Shown here in pieces: positions 26,531 to 39,990 of a DNA stretch of 64,000 nt. Every line of letters begins with the position of its first letter. Within the stretch, counting starts at the first letter, position 1. Under the pieces are notes generated by a model, which worked only from the letters and a program-made list of their open reading frames with translations, ran no database searches and was not told the DNA's origin. The stretch is from Camelus ferus (taxonomy: Eukaryota). A program made the translations under genes and the position numbers. Where the stretch lies: contig NC_045696.1 of the NCBI RefSeq assembly GCF_009834535.1, positions 104,658,001 through 104,722,000 on the forward strand, read 5' to 3'.

Positions 26531-28054
26531 TTGAGGAGGGAGGGAGGAAAGAAGGAAGGAAGGGAGGGAGGGAGGGAGCAGCTGTCCTTGGTGCCTTTCC
26601 CCTTGCCGCCTAGTCAGCAGGTGTCAGTCACCAGGCTAGAGTAAAGACGTTATCTCCAAATTTCATGAAACATTTTTAGCTTTTCCTGCCAAAACTTTAA
26701 AGAAAGCAAATTAGGTCTTCAGACTCCTAGTCGCAAAATAGTCATTTAATAACTAGGCAAATGACCAAAGCACTGAAGCAGGTCCTGAATAAATAATAGA
26801 GGCCAATGCAAATTTTAATGGAAGAATAATACTTAGGATTATTCTTTCTAAAAAATTTTTTATAAATGTCAAACTCAATGGCCTTGCCCCAGAGGAGATG
26901 CCAAATTTTAGAACTGAGATCGAGGAAGTTATCTTCTGGTAATGTCACTCATTTATTCCTTCCTTCCCTCCTTCTCTAGACAGCGCCTGAGTGCCTACCA
27001 AGCTGGACTCAGAGAAAGCCAGCCAGAAAAGAAGTGGCACTGGCACTCACAGAGGGGACCACACACCCACACATCCCCGCACGTGTGCAGCCCGCAGGAG
27101 TCACAGCCAACAGATTCCTGGCACAAATGCCACAGTGTGGACACCGTCTGCCACCCCGAGAACCAGTCAGTGGGGAAAAGGCTCTTCTCGGAATTCGGCT
27201 GCTTTAAGAAATCTTTTATAATTCCATATTGTCAGCTCTGGATTTATTAAAGGTCACCAAAAAAGTAACATTCTTTTCCACTGAAAAACCAGACTTTGAA
27301 TTAAGGTCTGCCTAAAACCACATTTCACATTAATGAAGACTATATTATGAAAATAGATTTGAATTTTAGTGTTTTACCCTCAAGTTTGGGGGGAAAAAAG
27401 TGATTAAAGAGAAGGCTTTCCTTTCTTTTCTCCCACTGTGTGGGTTTTCACACCCATTCGGCCTAATTATCCCTGGCTGGGGGCCCATCCCGCGGCAGCT
27501 GAGTGCAGCCTGGCTCTCCCCGTGCGGAGGGAGGAGAGTCTGGCTGCAGCCCCAGGGGCGGAGGCACTTGCGGGGACGGCGGCTCTGGTGCCCCTCCAGG
27601 GATGCCCAGAACAAGCAGCACTACATCAAATGATTATGTAAATTTGACTTCTAAAATGTAATTAAAATAGATTTTCCTCATTTTTTCCCTATGAAAACTT
27701 CATGAAGCATGAGACATAGCCGCCCAAGAAGGCACAGCCAAACAGTTGTGAGTCCCAGCTGGAACCGTCTGACATGGAAATACTCAAACCACTGACCCCC
27801 TCCCTGCCTCTGCCACCATCAGAGTTTGGAGCTGCTCTCTGGAGGGCCCTGGAGAAGTGCAGGCTCCTGGAAAGCAGAACCAGATCTGGCTCACTCAGTG
27901 TTCCCAGATCCTGGTACAGGGCTGGGCACTGCATGGGCTGAGTGAACGTATGGTGGGGGAACGCATGATCACTCAGACACGTTTGTTGCCCACACTGAGT
28001 GTCTGGTTGCCAGATCATGTCTCTCTTCCCTGTATGTTGTCTGTTAGTCTTGTG

Positions 28055-28319
28055 TTTTTTTTATATCAAATTTTTAATTTAATTTGTTATTTTTAATTTT
28101 TTATTGAAGTGTAGTTAATTTACCATGTTAGTGTCAGGTGTCCAGCAAAGTGGTTCAGTTTGCACGTGCGTACTATATGTTTTTTCTTTTCAGATTCTTT
28201 TCCATTAGATGTTATTACAAGAAATTGAATATAGCTCCCTGCGCTATACAGTAGGTCCTTCCGTTAGACTTGTTTTGATATATCCCACCAAGAGCACAGA
28301 CTATTCCCACGTTTCTAAT
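28055..28319 (-). mobile_element. Short L1 3' UTR insertion
   Basis: T-rich tail then attgaagtgtagtt...ttgaatatagctccctgcgctatacagtaggtcctt. Confidence 0.85.
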
Positions 28320-28343
28320 AAAAAAAAAAAAAAATGAAGCAGG

Positions 28344-28921
28344 CTCTTTGCTAAGCCAACTGCGTTGATCTCTGAAAATCGATCGCTGTTCGCTTGATCC
28401 AGAAAATCCCACAAAATCATGAAAATCAAGAGGTTCAAATGTTTGTGGCCACTCTACAAACACCCATGTAATTGCCCAGGCCATTAGGTTGCATATCCGA
28501 TAAGCCACTAAGTATCTGAAAGATGCCATTCTGCCTCTGAATGGTGGAGCTGGTGGATGCATCCAAGTGAAACAGTGGGGCTGGACACAGAGTCAGTGGC
28601 CCAAAGGAGTGCTGTTTTTTGCTGCACATGCTTAAAAATGCAGAGTAATGATAAACTTAAGGGTTTGGATAAAGATTCTCTGGCCATTGAGCACATCCAG
28701 GTGAACAAAGCCACTGTGTTTATCGAACTAGTGGTCGGATTAGCTCTACATGAGCTCCACCTGTCACATTAAGATGATCTTAACTAAAGAAGAACAGAGT
28801 TCCTAAACCCCAAAAGGAAGTTGCATACAAGAAAAAGATCCCCCAGAAGAAACTGCAGAAACAAAAACTTGTAGCCCAGAAATAAATTCAGCATAAAATA
28901 AATGCAAATAAAAGTTTAAAA
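28344..28921 (+). pseudogene. RPL17: Processed pseudogene of 60S ribosomal protein L17 (uL22)
   Basis: Intronless copy. Translated pieces SLDPENPTKS, KSRGSN, ATKYLKD, KQWGWTQ, LKGLDKDSLAIEHIQVNKA, KKKIPQKKLQKQKL match RPL17. Start codon mutated to ATC (28378-28380), with stops and deletions; stop TAA at 28883-28885. Short A tail. TSD aaaatgaagcagg 28331-28343 and aagattaagcagg 28922-28934. Confidence 0.96.
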
Positions 28922-29264
28922 AAGATTAAGCAGGTACCTTTTGAAAGGGGTTGTTACTATTTCTTAAATTGACATGATTCCTGGCCAGCGTCAGAGGTCA
29001 CACTGCTATCTTTCTGGATTCCTCCTGCCGGCTGCAGGCCATAAGCAAGGATGAGTGGCCGGGTTGGTACTGATGCTGCTGCCAGACTGTTAGCCTGCTG
29101 CATGAGGCTCTCTGGTGACTGCCCTAACCTTCTGCCTTTCCAAGCCCCTCCCTGATATCTCTAACCTCCTGCACTCCCAAGCTCTCTTAGCTGGGACCCA
29201 TGAGTTAAGGCAGTTTCCAAGAATGCTGAGTGAAATGAGGATATCTAGGCTTTACTACATAATA

Positions 29265-29470
29265 GAGGAAAGAAAATAGGCTTTCATGTCAGACCACCTG
29301 CGGCACAGAGTAACTCTTCCCTTAAGAACCCCCAAAGCCTTAATTTTCTCATCTATAAAATGGAGCTAATAATGCCCTAATGTTTGAAAGACAATTAAAT
29401 TGGATAAAATCTGCAAAGTGCCAACACTGTATCTGGAATATTATAGGTGCCCAACATTGAAGTCATTTGC
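29265..29470 (+). mobile_element. MIR SINE relic
   Basis: ttttctcatctataaaatggagctaataat...aaagtgcc...taggtgccc. Confidence 0.65.
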
Positions 29471-30010
29471 TGTTACCTCCCTAGCCCAGGTCATGTTAGT
29501 GAGTTAGATCAGAATCCACAACCCTTGACTCCCCCAGACCATTTCCTCCTGAGAGTTCCAGCCCTCGGAGTAATTTGGTGCCAGATAAGCCCCCTGTAGC
29601 ACGGTTGCTCAACCCTCAGCCTTGCTAGACTTTGCAGACAACTGGCTGGGCACGTGGACTGAATGTTCTTGTGTGAGCTGTAGGGCAACTGCTCTGGCTA
29701 AAACATCTGTCTGCGTCAATTTATCTTCCTCTAAGCTCAGATTTTCAGCCTGGCTTGTTTGTACAGAGAAATAACTTTGGAGGCAGGACAGTCTCTCTTA
29801 TGGTTCTGTCTGTTGAAGTAACATCTTAACAGAAGTAGGGCTTGACTTGCACCAAGCCGGCGGGCATCTCAGCTCCTCTGTGGCTCCAGGAGTTGTAGGC
29901 ACGTGCTTAGGAGAAGCAGGGAGAGAGGGAGGGACTGTTGCTGGTAGCAAGGAATCAAAGACCCCACAGAAAAACTCCTCCTCCAGGCCCCCTCTCTCTT
30001 TCCACAGATA

Positions 30011-30499
30011 CGTGGTGGCTAATTTTGTATGTCACCTTGACCAGCCACGGGGTTTCCAGATTAAACATTATTTCTGGGTGTGTCTGCGAGGATGCTTTCA
30101 GATGAGATGGGCATTTGAACTGGTGGACTTAGTACAGTAGATTGCCTTCCCCAGCGTGGGTGGGCCTCACCCAACCCTTTAGGATCCGAATAGACCAAAA
30201 GGCAGAGGAAGAATGAAGTCATCCCTCTTTTTTCCTGCCTCACTGCTGAGCTGGGACGTCTCACCTCATCCTCTCCGACCCTTGGACCGGGATTTATGCC
30301 GCTAGCGCCTCTGGCCCTCAGACTTTCAGACTTGGACCGAATGAAACCACCAGCTTTCCTGGGTCTTCAGCTCACAGGCAGCAGATGCTAGGACTTCTCA
30401 GCCTCCACCTCTGCAAGAACCAATTCACACGCACACACGCGCATGCACACACACACACACACACAGGTTCTCTTTCTCTGGAGAACCCTGACTAATACA
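30011..30499 (+). mobile_element. MLT2 (ERVL) solo LTR with an internal (CA)n
   Basis: 5' gtggtggctaattttgtatgtcaccttgac, internal aaacattatttctgggtgtgtctg, 3' tctctggagaaccctgactaataca. Confidence 0.9.
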
Positions 30500-31529
30500 G
30501 ACACTGGGCTAAAAAGGTGGGAATGCCTAAAGTGTCAGTGCTAAGAAGTCCCCTAGAAAGCATCTGATCCACATCCCTTCTCAAAGTCGGGCCCCCGGAG
30601 GCCCAAGGTAGGAAGGTGATTTGTCCTGGGTTAACAGTCGCTTGGTGGGCATGGGAGGACCGAGATGGAAACCTGACTTCCAAATCTGCGGAGCGTAGTT
30701 CCTTCTATCTCCTGTGCGTAGACAAACATTTTAGAATAAAATATGAATTCCTTCATATTTTTGAAGACTATATTCCTATTCCTCAGTTGGAGGAATTCTA
30801 GAGGGATGCCTTTTGGTCACATGCATATCCTGCCCCAGGGTGAACAGGTGGGATGGCTGTAGTTGGACCTCAGTCCCTAGAGATGTGTGATTACCGAGCA
30901 CCTGCGTGCCCCCCGTGCTTCAGCCCCTGCCTCATATCCTAGCACTTCAGCCACGCCTCTTCTGATGCTGACAGGTGCCTTCCCAGGTGCTACCGCTCCA
31001 AGTTCTCAGAGTGAGTCTCCCACATGCCCGAGAGCAAGGCCACTGAACACGTCGCGGTCCAGTGGAGGCCGGCTGCCCGCAGCATTTGAGGAAGATCCTT
31101 ATTCTCCTCCACCTCTGCCCAAACAAGCCACCTCCCCCTCCTTCTCCTCCTCCCCTGGGCTTGGGGCTGCTGCCACTCTGCGGACCCAGCCACGGATGCC
31201 TGCAGGAATCAGGATAAGGTGCCTTATTCCTGATGGGTGGCACCCCCTGTGGGGGCCCTTGGGCAGTACAGCTTGTGTCCCCACTTCAAAATGGCCCCTT
31301 CGGCATCCCCTACACCCTGTTCTCATGGGGGATGTCAAATCAAATGCTTTGTGCTGGCCAGAGAATGGACATCATCGCCTCTCATCTCCTCCCAGACACC
31401 CACAGACAGGTCTCTGAAGTTCACTTCTCACCTGCCCATTAATTTGTGCCTTCAGATGCCTGGGAGGTAGAGGCTCTGAAATGTGCTGACGTCTGGAATC
31501 CCCTACTGCGCATACATCCTGTTTGATTA

Positions 31530-31690
31530 GAAATGTGATTTCAATCCTGGCAGCATGTTAGGATCACCTAAGAGAGATTTTTAAGGAGTCCCGATGCCCG
31601 GCCCAATATGGGATTAACTAGATCAGAGTCTCTGAGGGTGTGGCCTAGGAATCAGCATATCTGCGAAACTCTGGAAGGCAGGAGAATTGG
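31530..31690. mobile_element. MER5-family DNA transposon relic
   Basis: tttcaatcctggcagcatgttaggatcaccta...atcagagtctctgagggtgtggcctaggaatcagcat. Confidence 0.6.
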
Positions 31691-32147
31691 TCCCGTAGGG
31701 TACTAACTGGGCTGGGGCATGGGGGAGCCTGGGGAGTGCTGGGGCTGCTCTATGTCTTCACCTCCTGCCACATAATGGGGACAAAGTGCTGTCTAGGGGG
31801 GAGCTGAGGGGCGGAGGTGTCTCCCAGTCCATGTACCCCACAGCCCTCCACACACCGAAATGCCTGCACGTCCCACTCAAATGATACCCGTTCAAAAAAA
31901 CAAGCAAGCACACCAAAAACCATCAGGAGGGGAGGACTGCAGCAAAGGGAATCAATCCCATCATTTTGTTTTACTTTAGGGATTCTGGTGTTCCGGATTC
32001 TCATGCTTTTTTTTTAAATGAGAGAATGTGTCTAACACGTGGGTTTGAAGTTGATATTTTTTGAGGCTTAGGAAAAAAAGTGACAACACAAATGTAGTTC
32101 CATGCACTGTAAGGATGCAGGGCTTTCCAAAGGTCACCTCTTGTCTG

Positions 32148-32267
32148 TAGGGTGACAAGGAGGGACATGAGCCATTGAGTTTGCCTGGAACTAGTTTCCC
32201 AGGGTGCAGGACTTTTACTGCTAAAACTCAGAAAGTCTTAAGAAAACCTAACAAGTTGATCACCTTA
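32148..32267. mobile_element. MER94-like hAT-Blackjack MITE
   Basis: Ends tagggtgac and atcacctta. Internal gtttgcctggaact...ggacttttactgctaaaac...aaagtc. Confidence 0.65.
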
Positions 32268-32925
32268 CTAAGAGTTCGGTCCTAACTGCTGAGTGGCTGG
32301 GTTCTCAACATGGCCACGAAGGAGATGGTGGGGTTAAGAGTGGACTCTCGTGGAACAGAAATCACAGACAGCCAAGTCATGGCTCCAAGGTGTAGGTCAA
32401 GGACCTTTCATGACCTTTAGCTCACTTTTCTGAAAACCAACCAGAATCTCAGTTGCATTTATCCCTGATTAGAAGAGGAATCTTCATAAGCCCACCATGG
32501 TGGATGTGTTCCCCACCTTATGCTTTCTGCTATCAGTGCATGACTATGGTCCCCAGGTATTTGGCACCAAGTATCTTGATGGTTTTTTCATCCATCAGTA
32601 TGAATAGTCCTCACAATAACTGAAAAATAGCATTATTATTCCCATTTTAATAACCCCAGGATTGGATCCCATCTGGATCCTACCTGAATTTACAGCCCAT
32701 GCCATTTTTACTTTGTTTGCTGCCTCTCAGAGACAAGTATATATCCCCCAGGACCTAAGCAGCTCCCCTGGACAGCTGCTAAGGAGCCCAACACCGCCTC
32801 CTAGAATTCCTCCAGATTTGCCAGCCTATCTGCCCAGAGGTGCACCTGTCATTCTCCACCTAGCTCCTCCTTGGACTGATTTATCAGTTTGAGAGTCCCC
32901 ATTTTTATTGAGATTTCAATAAAAC

Positions 32926-32980
<55 letters not shown>
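32926..32980 (+). repeat. (AAT)n microsatellite, about 18 units, at the tail of a MIR
   Basis: Perfect trinucleotide run. Confidence 0.97.
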
Positions 32981-33009
32981 TCATCATTATCATCACAAAA
33001 ATACCACCA

Positions 33010-33230
33010 ACAGCAGTGCTAAGTGCACTTACTGTGTGCTCGGCATCTTGCAATGCATTTTACAACATGTTTCATGAAATCCTCCTTCTCTGAGGTGGGT
33101 ATCATGCCCAGTGTTCAGCTGAGGAAACCCAGGCTTAGAGAGATGAAATACACCATCAAGGTGTGCACAGCTACCTGGTGGTATGGCTGGGTTTCAATTA
33201 ACATGAGTCTGATTCCTTCTCCTGGCTCAG
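33010..33230 (-). mobile_element. MIR SINE relic
   Basis: gcacttactgtgtgc...cagctgaggaaacccaggcttagagagatgaa. Confidence 0.7.
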
Positions 33231-34419
33231 ACAGGTAGGGATGGGCAGGTAGGGCATCTGGAATGATGCTTTGAACACATGGCAGCAAAAGTTCCCCCAG
33301 GAGCAACTGCCCACTCAGAACCACAATTATTTACCAGGAAGATCCTCTGATTGAAGGGGCAGGAGGTGCATTCAATTAACATTTCATGCAGAGTCAAAAT
33401 TCATGACTCTCCTGGGGAAAATAATAAAATGTCACCTTAATCATAATTAAAAATGATACTCAGCTTCCGTCTGATATGCATCTAAATCTATTTCAGTGTT
33501 ATTAGTGTGGAAACAGATTCTCCATCAGTGTCATTCCTGGCTCATAAATAAACTAAAGTTAAAGCAAAATAAATTTTAAGTTGGAAATATCAACGTAAAC
33601 GCATTTTTACAAGTTGTCTTATTTACAGTCACAGATTCACAGTTTATTGATTGCAAACTTAAAAAAAATAGCTACACATATCTGTACTGCATAATAAGAA
33701 GACTTTAAGTAAATAAGAATATGGCAGATACACATGCCCTCAGGAGGTGCCATCAGCTGTGCATTGGAGCAGGACCCTCGCTCTACAGCAACCTCCCTCA
33801 GTTCCAGGAGAACGGCAATTAAGTGGGAGTTCACAAAGGGTGAGGCCACTGTTCAAAGCCATCAATGATCCCTGAAGTCAGGAAGTGTGGCACTTCCTGA
33901 ATCAGAGGGAGACCATGTCCCTGCAGAGCTGCACAGCCTCTGGAGAAGGATCGAAATATATATTCTAACCAAGGACATCTTCAACTCCAACTGCTGTCAG
34001 TCGTTACATTTCCCTTTTTGGAAGTTACTTGTCTCTGGTGCATGGCATTGTGTTTCCCCCAAGGTTTGGAAGCCCTCGACCAGTCCGGTATACTGGACCC
34101 TCTCCCTGCACTGCCCTCCCCTCTCCTTGTCAACCTGGTGACCTCACTGTTATCCTTCCAAAACCCATCACATTGGTAAAGAATTCAACATTCCTCTTCC
34201 TTTGTGACCTTCAACCCTCCTATATCCATTGTTCGTTCCACGTATCCACAGATGGGCTACTTCTTTATTTAAATACCTGTCTCTCCTTCAAGCCTTTGAG
34301 CTTCTAGAGGAGGTAGCTGAGTTTCCTGCATGTCTGTATTCACCCCGCCTAGCACAGTGCCTGGCACAGAAGTGATTACCTATATGTTTTACTGCTTTCG
34401 ATTAGAACTAAATTGATGG

Positions 34420-34686
34420 ACACAGAAAACGAATTTATGGTTACTAAAGGGAAAAGGGGGGAGGGATAAATTAGGAGTTTGGGATTATCAGATACAGACT
34501 ACTATAAACAGAATAGATAAACAACAAGGTCCTACTGTACAGCACAGGGAACTATATTCAGTAGCCTGTAATAACCTATAATGAAAAAGAATATGAAAAG
34601 GGATATATACATATATATGAATCACTATTCTGTACACCAGAAACTAACACAACATTGTAAGTCAACTATACTTCAATTAAAAAAAA
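34420..34686 (+). mobile_element. Short L1 3' UTR insertion
   Basis: L1 3' UTR with poly(A). Perfect 16-bp TSD agaactaaattgatgg at 34404-34419 and 34687-34702. Confidence 0.93.
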
Positions 34687-35183
34687 AGAACTAAATTGAT
34701 GGGATATATTTTACCCTGGAACTTACATGTATTTGACTGTCTCACAGGCATACTTAAATCCAGTAATTTATTCATTCAACAGACATTCTCTAAATACTCA
34801 CTATGTCCTCAGCCTTGAGGACTAAAAGCCAAGTACAAAACATTTTGCCAGCCTTTAACGTGTGGTTGTCAGGTTAGGAGACAAATGACACGCATAGTAG
34901 GACGACTAGATCGGAGCTTCCCAAAGTGTGTTCTGAAAACCCAAGATGCTCTGTGAGGAAGGGGATCCATGGTGAAGTCAGTGTGGGAATTCTCACAGCC
35001 CTGCTTCCTGGGGCACCGCGCCGGATGTCAGCACAGCCCAGGTCTCAAAAGTCCTGCAGCAAGACACACCATTGCATTTTTAAAACCCTGACATTTCAGA
35101 ATTTATTGGGCCACAGAACTATTTAAAATACAAGAGAAAATAAACATTCTGTAGGAGCAAGGAGAACAAATCACAATTTATAT

Positions 35184-36030
35184 CAAATCAAAACTACCAT
35201 GAGGTATCACCTCACACTGGTCAGAATGCCCATCATCAAAAAGTCTACAAGAAATAAATGCTGGAGAGGGTGCAGAGAAAAGAGAATTTCCCTACACTGT
35301 TGGTGGTAACGTAAATTTGTGGAGTCTCTATGGAGGACAGTATGGAGGTACTTGAAAAACTAAAAATAGAGTTACCGCATGATCCAGCAACACCAATCCT
35401 GGATCCAGAAAAGACAAAAACTCTAATTTGAAAAGATACATGGACCCCCAATGTTCACACCAGCACTATTTACAACAGCCAAGACATGGCAGCAACCTAA
35501 GTGTCCATTGACAGATGACTGGATAAAGAAGATGTGACATATATAATGGAATATTACTCAGCCATAAAAAGAATGAAATAATGCCAACTGCAGCAACATG
35601 AATGGATCTAGAGATTATCATACTAAGTGAAGTAGGTCAGACAGAGAAAGACAAATATATGCTATCACTTATAGGTGGAGCCTAAAAAAATGATACAAAT
35701 GAGTTTACTTACAAATCAGAGACAGACTCACAGACACAGAAAACAAGCATGGTTACCCAAGGATAAAGGGGCAGGGTGATAAACTAGGAATTTCGGATTA
35801 ACAGATACATACTACTACGTATAAAATAGATAAACAACAGGGACCTACTGTATAGCACAGAGAACCAAATTCAATACCTTGTAATAAGCTATAATAGAAA
35901 AGAATCTGAAAAAGAATAGATGTATGTATAACTGAGTCACTTTTCTGTGCACCTGAAATATTATAAATCTACTACACCTCATTAAAAAGTTACAAAAATG
36001 CCTAATGAAATACAAACGCAAATAAAAAAG
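35184..36030 (+). mobile_element. 5'-truncated L1 (ORF2 C-terminus and 3' UTR), intermediate age
   Basis: caaatcaaaactaccatgaggtatcacctcacac...gcactatttacaacagccaagacatgg...ctactgtatagcacag, ending in an A-rich tail. Confidence 0.92.
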
Positions 36031-36924
36031 AAAATCTGTTTGGGAAGGAGGAGTTGAATAGAACCAGCTTCTCCTTCAGATAAGTGAGGCCTTGGTCCTG
36101 GGGGAAGGCCTTCCTTTATTTTCTTGCTGCAGTTAAATTTGCATCAATAAAATTGCATTAAGCAGCTACGTGTGCCAGGCACGTGCTTAGGGGCCAGGGC
36201 TACAGAGACAGCCAGACACTGGACCGAGTGTGAAGCCTGTGCCTGGTGCTGTGAGTATGTGTATGCGTGTGTGAGAAAGTCTGTGTGACTGTGTGTATGT
36301 TTATGTGAGTGTGTATGTGTGTGACGCCTAAGGCAGGGACCCTGCCCACAAAGCATAGCCCACTAGTTAGATGTAGAATAAAGGAAAGAAAGGAGAGATG
36401 GCCCTTCCTGGCAGTGTGGGGTGGGGTCGCCTACGATAAAGAGTCCTGTACGGCTGTGATGTGAGCACAAAACCCAGCCCCTGTCGGGCAGCCCCACTCT
36501 GCAGCCATTTCATCCCCTGCCACATCCGTCAGGCATGTGCTCCCACAGGGCCACCCCCAGGTGTCGGCAGTGCTGGGAAGTCAGGTGTGTGGCTATATAA
36601 TTCCTCCCTGAGGACTCTGCTGCTCTGGGCCACAGCCGAGTTCAGACGCTCATGCTTCTCCCTGACGGGCAACACAGACCACTTGCCTCTCCCCTCTTGG
36701 GAGTCCCAGCATTTTGACAGACAGATCTGGCACCTTATAGGAGAGAGAGGCTGCAGGGTGGGTAGGAGAGACGTGGGCCTAGGCCTGGGCTGCACCAAGG
36801 AGGGCCCAGGTGTGCTCTGAGTTTTAGCAGGGCTGGGTGTGGTCCCAGCTCCGAAACATGCTGGCAAAGGAGACTTGCTCTGAATCTGCTTTCTCGCCTG
36901 TCAGGCAAGGAGATCAGCTTTAAG

Positions 36925-37088
36925 CATGTGCCTCTCAAACACTGACGTGCTTATGAATCACTTGGATGTTATCTTAAGATGTAGACTGACTCAGTACATC
37001 TGGGGACCTGAGATTCTGCACATCCATAAACTCCCGGGTGATGCTGTTGCTGCTGGTCTGTGGACCACTCATTGAGAAGCAAGACTTT
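36925..37088. mobile_element. MER5A hAT-Charlie DNA transposon
   Basis: ctctcaaacactgacgtgcttatgaatcac...cctgagattctgcac...gctggtctgtggaccac. Confidence 0.78.
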
Positions 37089-38529
37089 AAGCTCCCTTTC
37101 CTCTCCCAGAGTCTACAGTCCTAGTTCTAAGCACTCTCTGTAAAGGCTAAGACCATGGAACCCATGGAGGCCTTGCACGTATACAGTGGAGATCATTACC
37201 TGTGTGTCTCAGCCACACACAGCCCAAATGGGGGACTTTTAATCTGTACTGACAAGCAAATGGGGAACAAACAGGTTATCCACACAGGATGCACTACTTT
37301 GCAGTCAGCACACATATGTACATGTGCCACATGTCCTCTGTCTTCTCCACCCTGTGTTCACCAAAACCTCCCTCCATCCTTTAATTGCAGACAGATGAGA
37401 GCATCCTTACCCAGGATGCTTGAGGACATCTTCACGACCTGCTTGTGGGAAGCACTGCACTAGCTGATCGTTCACCCATTGATGGTCTTCCTTCTAAAGT
37501 CTGGGTCAAAATATGGAGTACCACCATGCGCCTCTGGAGACTGAGCAATCCCACCCTGAGTTTGGAAGGGAAGACAAGGCACACTGCTGTTCCGGTGCAG
37601 CCTTGGGGACTTTGTTGCATCTGCCGCCCATGTCGCTAGCCCTGTGCTGCTCTCTAACATGATGGAGATGGGCTGGGGCCCGACAAGTCCTCTGCCTCCA
37701 GAGCGTGGTTTAGAAAATGGAACTGAAGCAGTCAGCAAGCATGTGCTTCTGAGGATCAAGGAAGGAAGAAAGCACAATGAGCTGCAGAGGCTTGGCAAGG
37801 GTTCTAGATGAATCAGAGCTAAACAATGAGTCAGGGAGAAGAGAAAGAAGGGGATGTTGATAAAAAACAAAAACACAAAAAATACAGATAACCCTGGCAG
37901 TGTATGTGTACTCCTGCGTGAGTCCAGGATGGGGAGACATGGGTCAGTTCCGACGCTTCATGCAGGAGGGGTGGTAGTGATGCAGTCTTCCTCCGGGAGG
38001 GAATCGCCTGGGGAACAAGCACTTCTCCTCCACAGGCTGCTGGGCAGTGAAGACTCCGTCAGGCCCCAGCGCCTCTGTGAATACCAGTCATGGCAGCCTG
38101 GGGAGTGGGAGTCGTGTCCTCTCATAAAGCCCAGAGCCCCGTGAGCTCTCGCGGCTTGTAAGTTTCCCTGTGGGATGGTGATGGCTGAGTGTCAAAACCC
38201 CTCCAGGTCCATAAAAACCCTGTAGTTTCCAGCCAAGTGGGAAGACACCGTGGAGGAGAATGAGTCTCTGTCTCATGTAGAGAAAAGTTCACTTCCCTGG
38301 TTTCTGGGAGGCCAGAGTACAGAGAATGGACATTTGGAATACGGCATGCCAGGCTTCCAAAATGTAAACTAGATTTAAGAAATACTGAGAGTAGTACTTC
38401 TCAGAAACTCAGAATTTGGCCCACGGTGGACTCATGGTCACCTTTTCCAAGATTGTATTTCAAATATTCCTAATATTTCTGCTCATGTGTCCATAGACAG
38501 GTTTTCCTGGAAACTATTAAAGATGCATC

Positions 38530-38820
38530 TTAAAATGACAACATTTTTCTCAAGGAAACTTTCACCGATTCCTGGAACAGGCCAAGTTCCCCCATTTTTA
38601 TGTATTCATAATATACTATACAGGTCCTCTCTTCTGTAGCACATAAGGGAGCTGTGTTAAGTGTCACACTGCTTGCTGAAGGCCTGTCCTCCTTTCTGAT
38701 AGCAGGACTCCATCTGTCTTGTTCACTGATATATCCCCAGATCCCAGCACAGTTCCTGACCACAATAAGCACCCAATCAAAATCTGCTAAGCAAGTGAAC
38801 GACAGACTGAATGCATGCAC
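38530..38820 (+). mobile_element. L2 LINE 3' relic
   Basis: tgtcttgttcactgatatatccccag...agcacagttcctgaccacaataagcacccaat. Confidence 0.7.
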
Positions 38821-39789
38821 AGTCTAATGACTTGTGCCAGAAGAGTCTAGGACAGTAGGATTAGGGCAAGATGCCTAAGAACAGTTATAGGACGTTAATA
38901 TCAAGATAGGAACTATGTGCAGGATCAGCTCCCTCCTCAGTCCATCCCTAAATGTTTATTCTAAGGAACAGATCTGAATGAGTGGCCTGGACTACAGGCC
39001 AGAGTCAGTGGATGCATGGATCCATTCTCCTCTCCTGCATCCATGGCAGATACTAGAATTTAAGTCCTCACAGAACACTTACTTGCTGAACATGGACAAG
39101 GTCTGAGAATATTTCACAGTAGAGCATTCCCAGTGGTCACTCCCCATTGCTTGGAGATGGCAGGAGATATAAAACCTATTTACTACCCTAACCGTAGGCG
39201 ACAGGGATGGACAGGCACAATTTGACAAAATGGATATAAGTCACACCATGAGAGAGTACTCTTAATATTCCCTTTTAAAAAAACTATCTTGCTAAAAATA
39301 TGGAGAGGCAGAACACTTAGAATGATAACTTACAAATCATAATTTCTACAGCTGGTGTCATGCATTATCATTTCTCATGTTCTGTTACATTGTCAGCAGT
39401 TACAATTCCTCATCTCCTAGGATGTCAGTACATTAGAACCTCACGAGGGGGGATGAATACCACTTCCCCTACTCTGAGCCTCCTAGATGATGGTCAACAA
39501 GTCATGCAGGAAGAGGAAGCTTCTTTGATGGAGAGGGTGAGCATAGAGGTAGGGAACCTAGTAATGCCACATACAACTTTGGCTTCCTCTTTTACCCCAG
39601 CTTCAGAACTCCCCTTACCCCACGGTCAGTCTTTGTTGCTTCAGTCACTAAGCTGGCTCTCTAGCTCTCTATTCGGCTGCTTTGCTAAGAGCCAAGTTAA
39701 GGATCATTGACCACGAGCAAAGGCCCCACCTCTTGGCCTGCCGGACGTGTGTCAGCACACTGGCAGTATAAGTGAGACTCATGTGTGTA

Positions 39790-39990
39790 TTATTTGACAT
39801 CTGTATAAATGTTATCTGCCCTCTCAACAAACTTGTCACGTTCGTATTACTGCACTGTCATTTTTAGCTGAGGAAATGAAGCTCAGGGAGGGCATGTAAC
39901 TTAGGCAAGTTCTCATAAATATTATAGCTCAGTGGGGCTCAAGTCTTATCTTTTTGTTTCTAAATCTTGTCCTTTTCCCACAATGTCACA
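39790..39990 (-). mobile_element. MIR SINE relic
   Basis: catttttagctgaggaaatgaagctcagggagg...taactt. Confidence 0.6.

Noticed and set aside
30887..31417. 176-aa Pro/Ser-rich ORF
   Set aside because: GTG start, low complexity, no domain; expected by chance in GC-rich DNA.
39009..39043. Inverted repeat tggatgca...tgcatcca
   Set aside because: An 8-bp stem is chance level and too short for a pre-miRNA.
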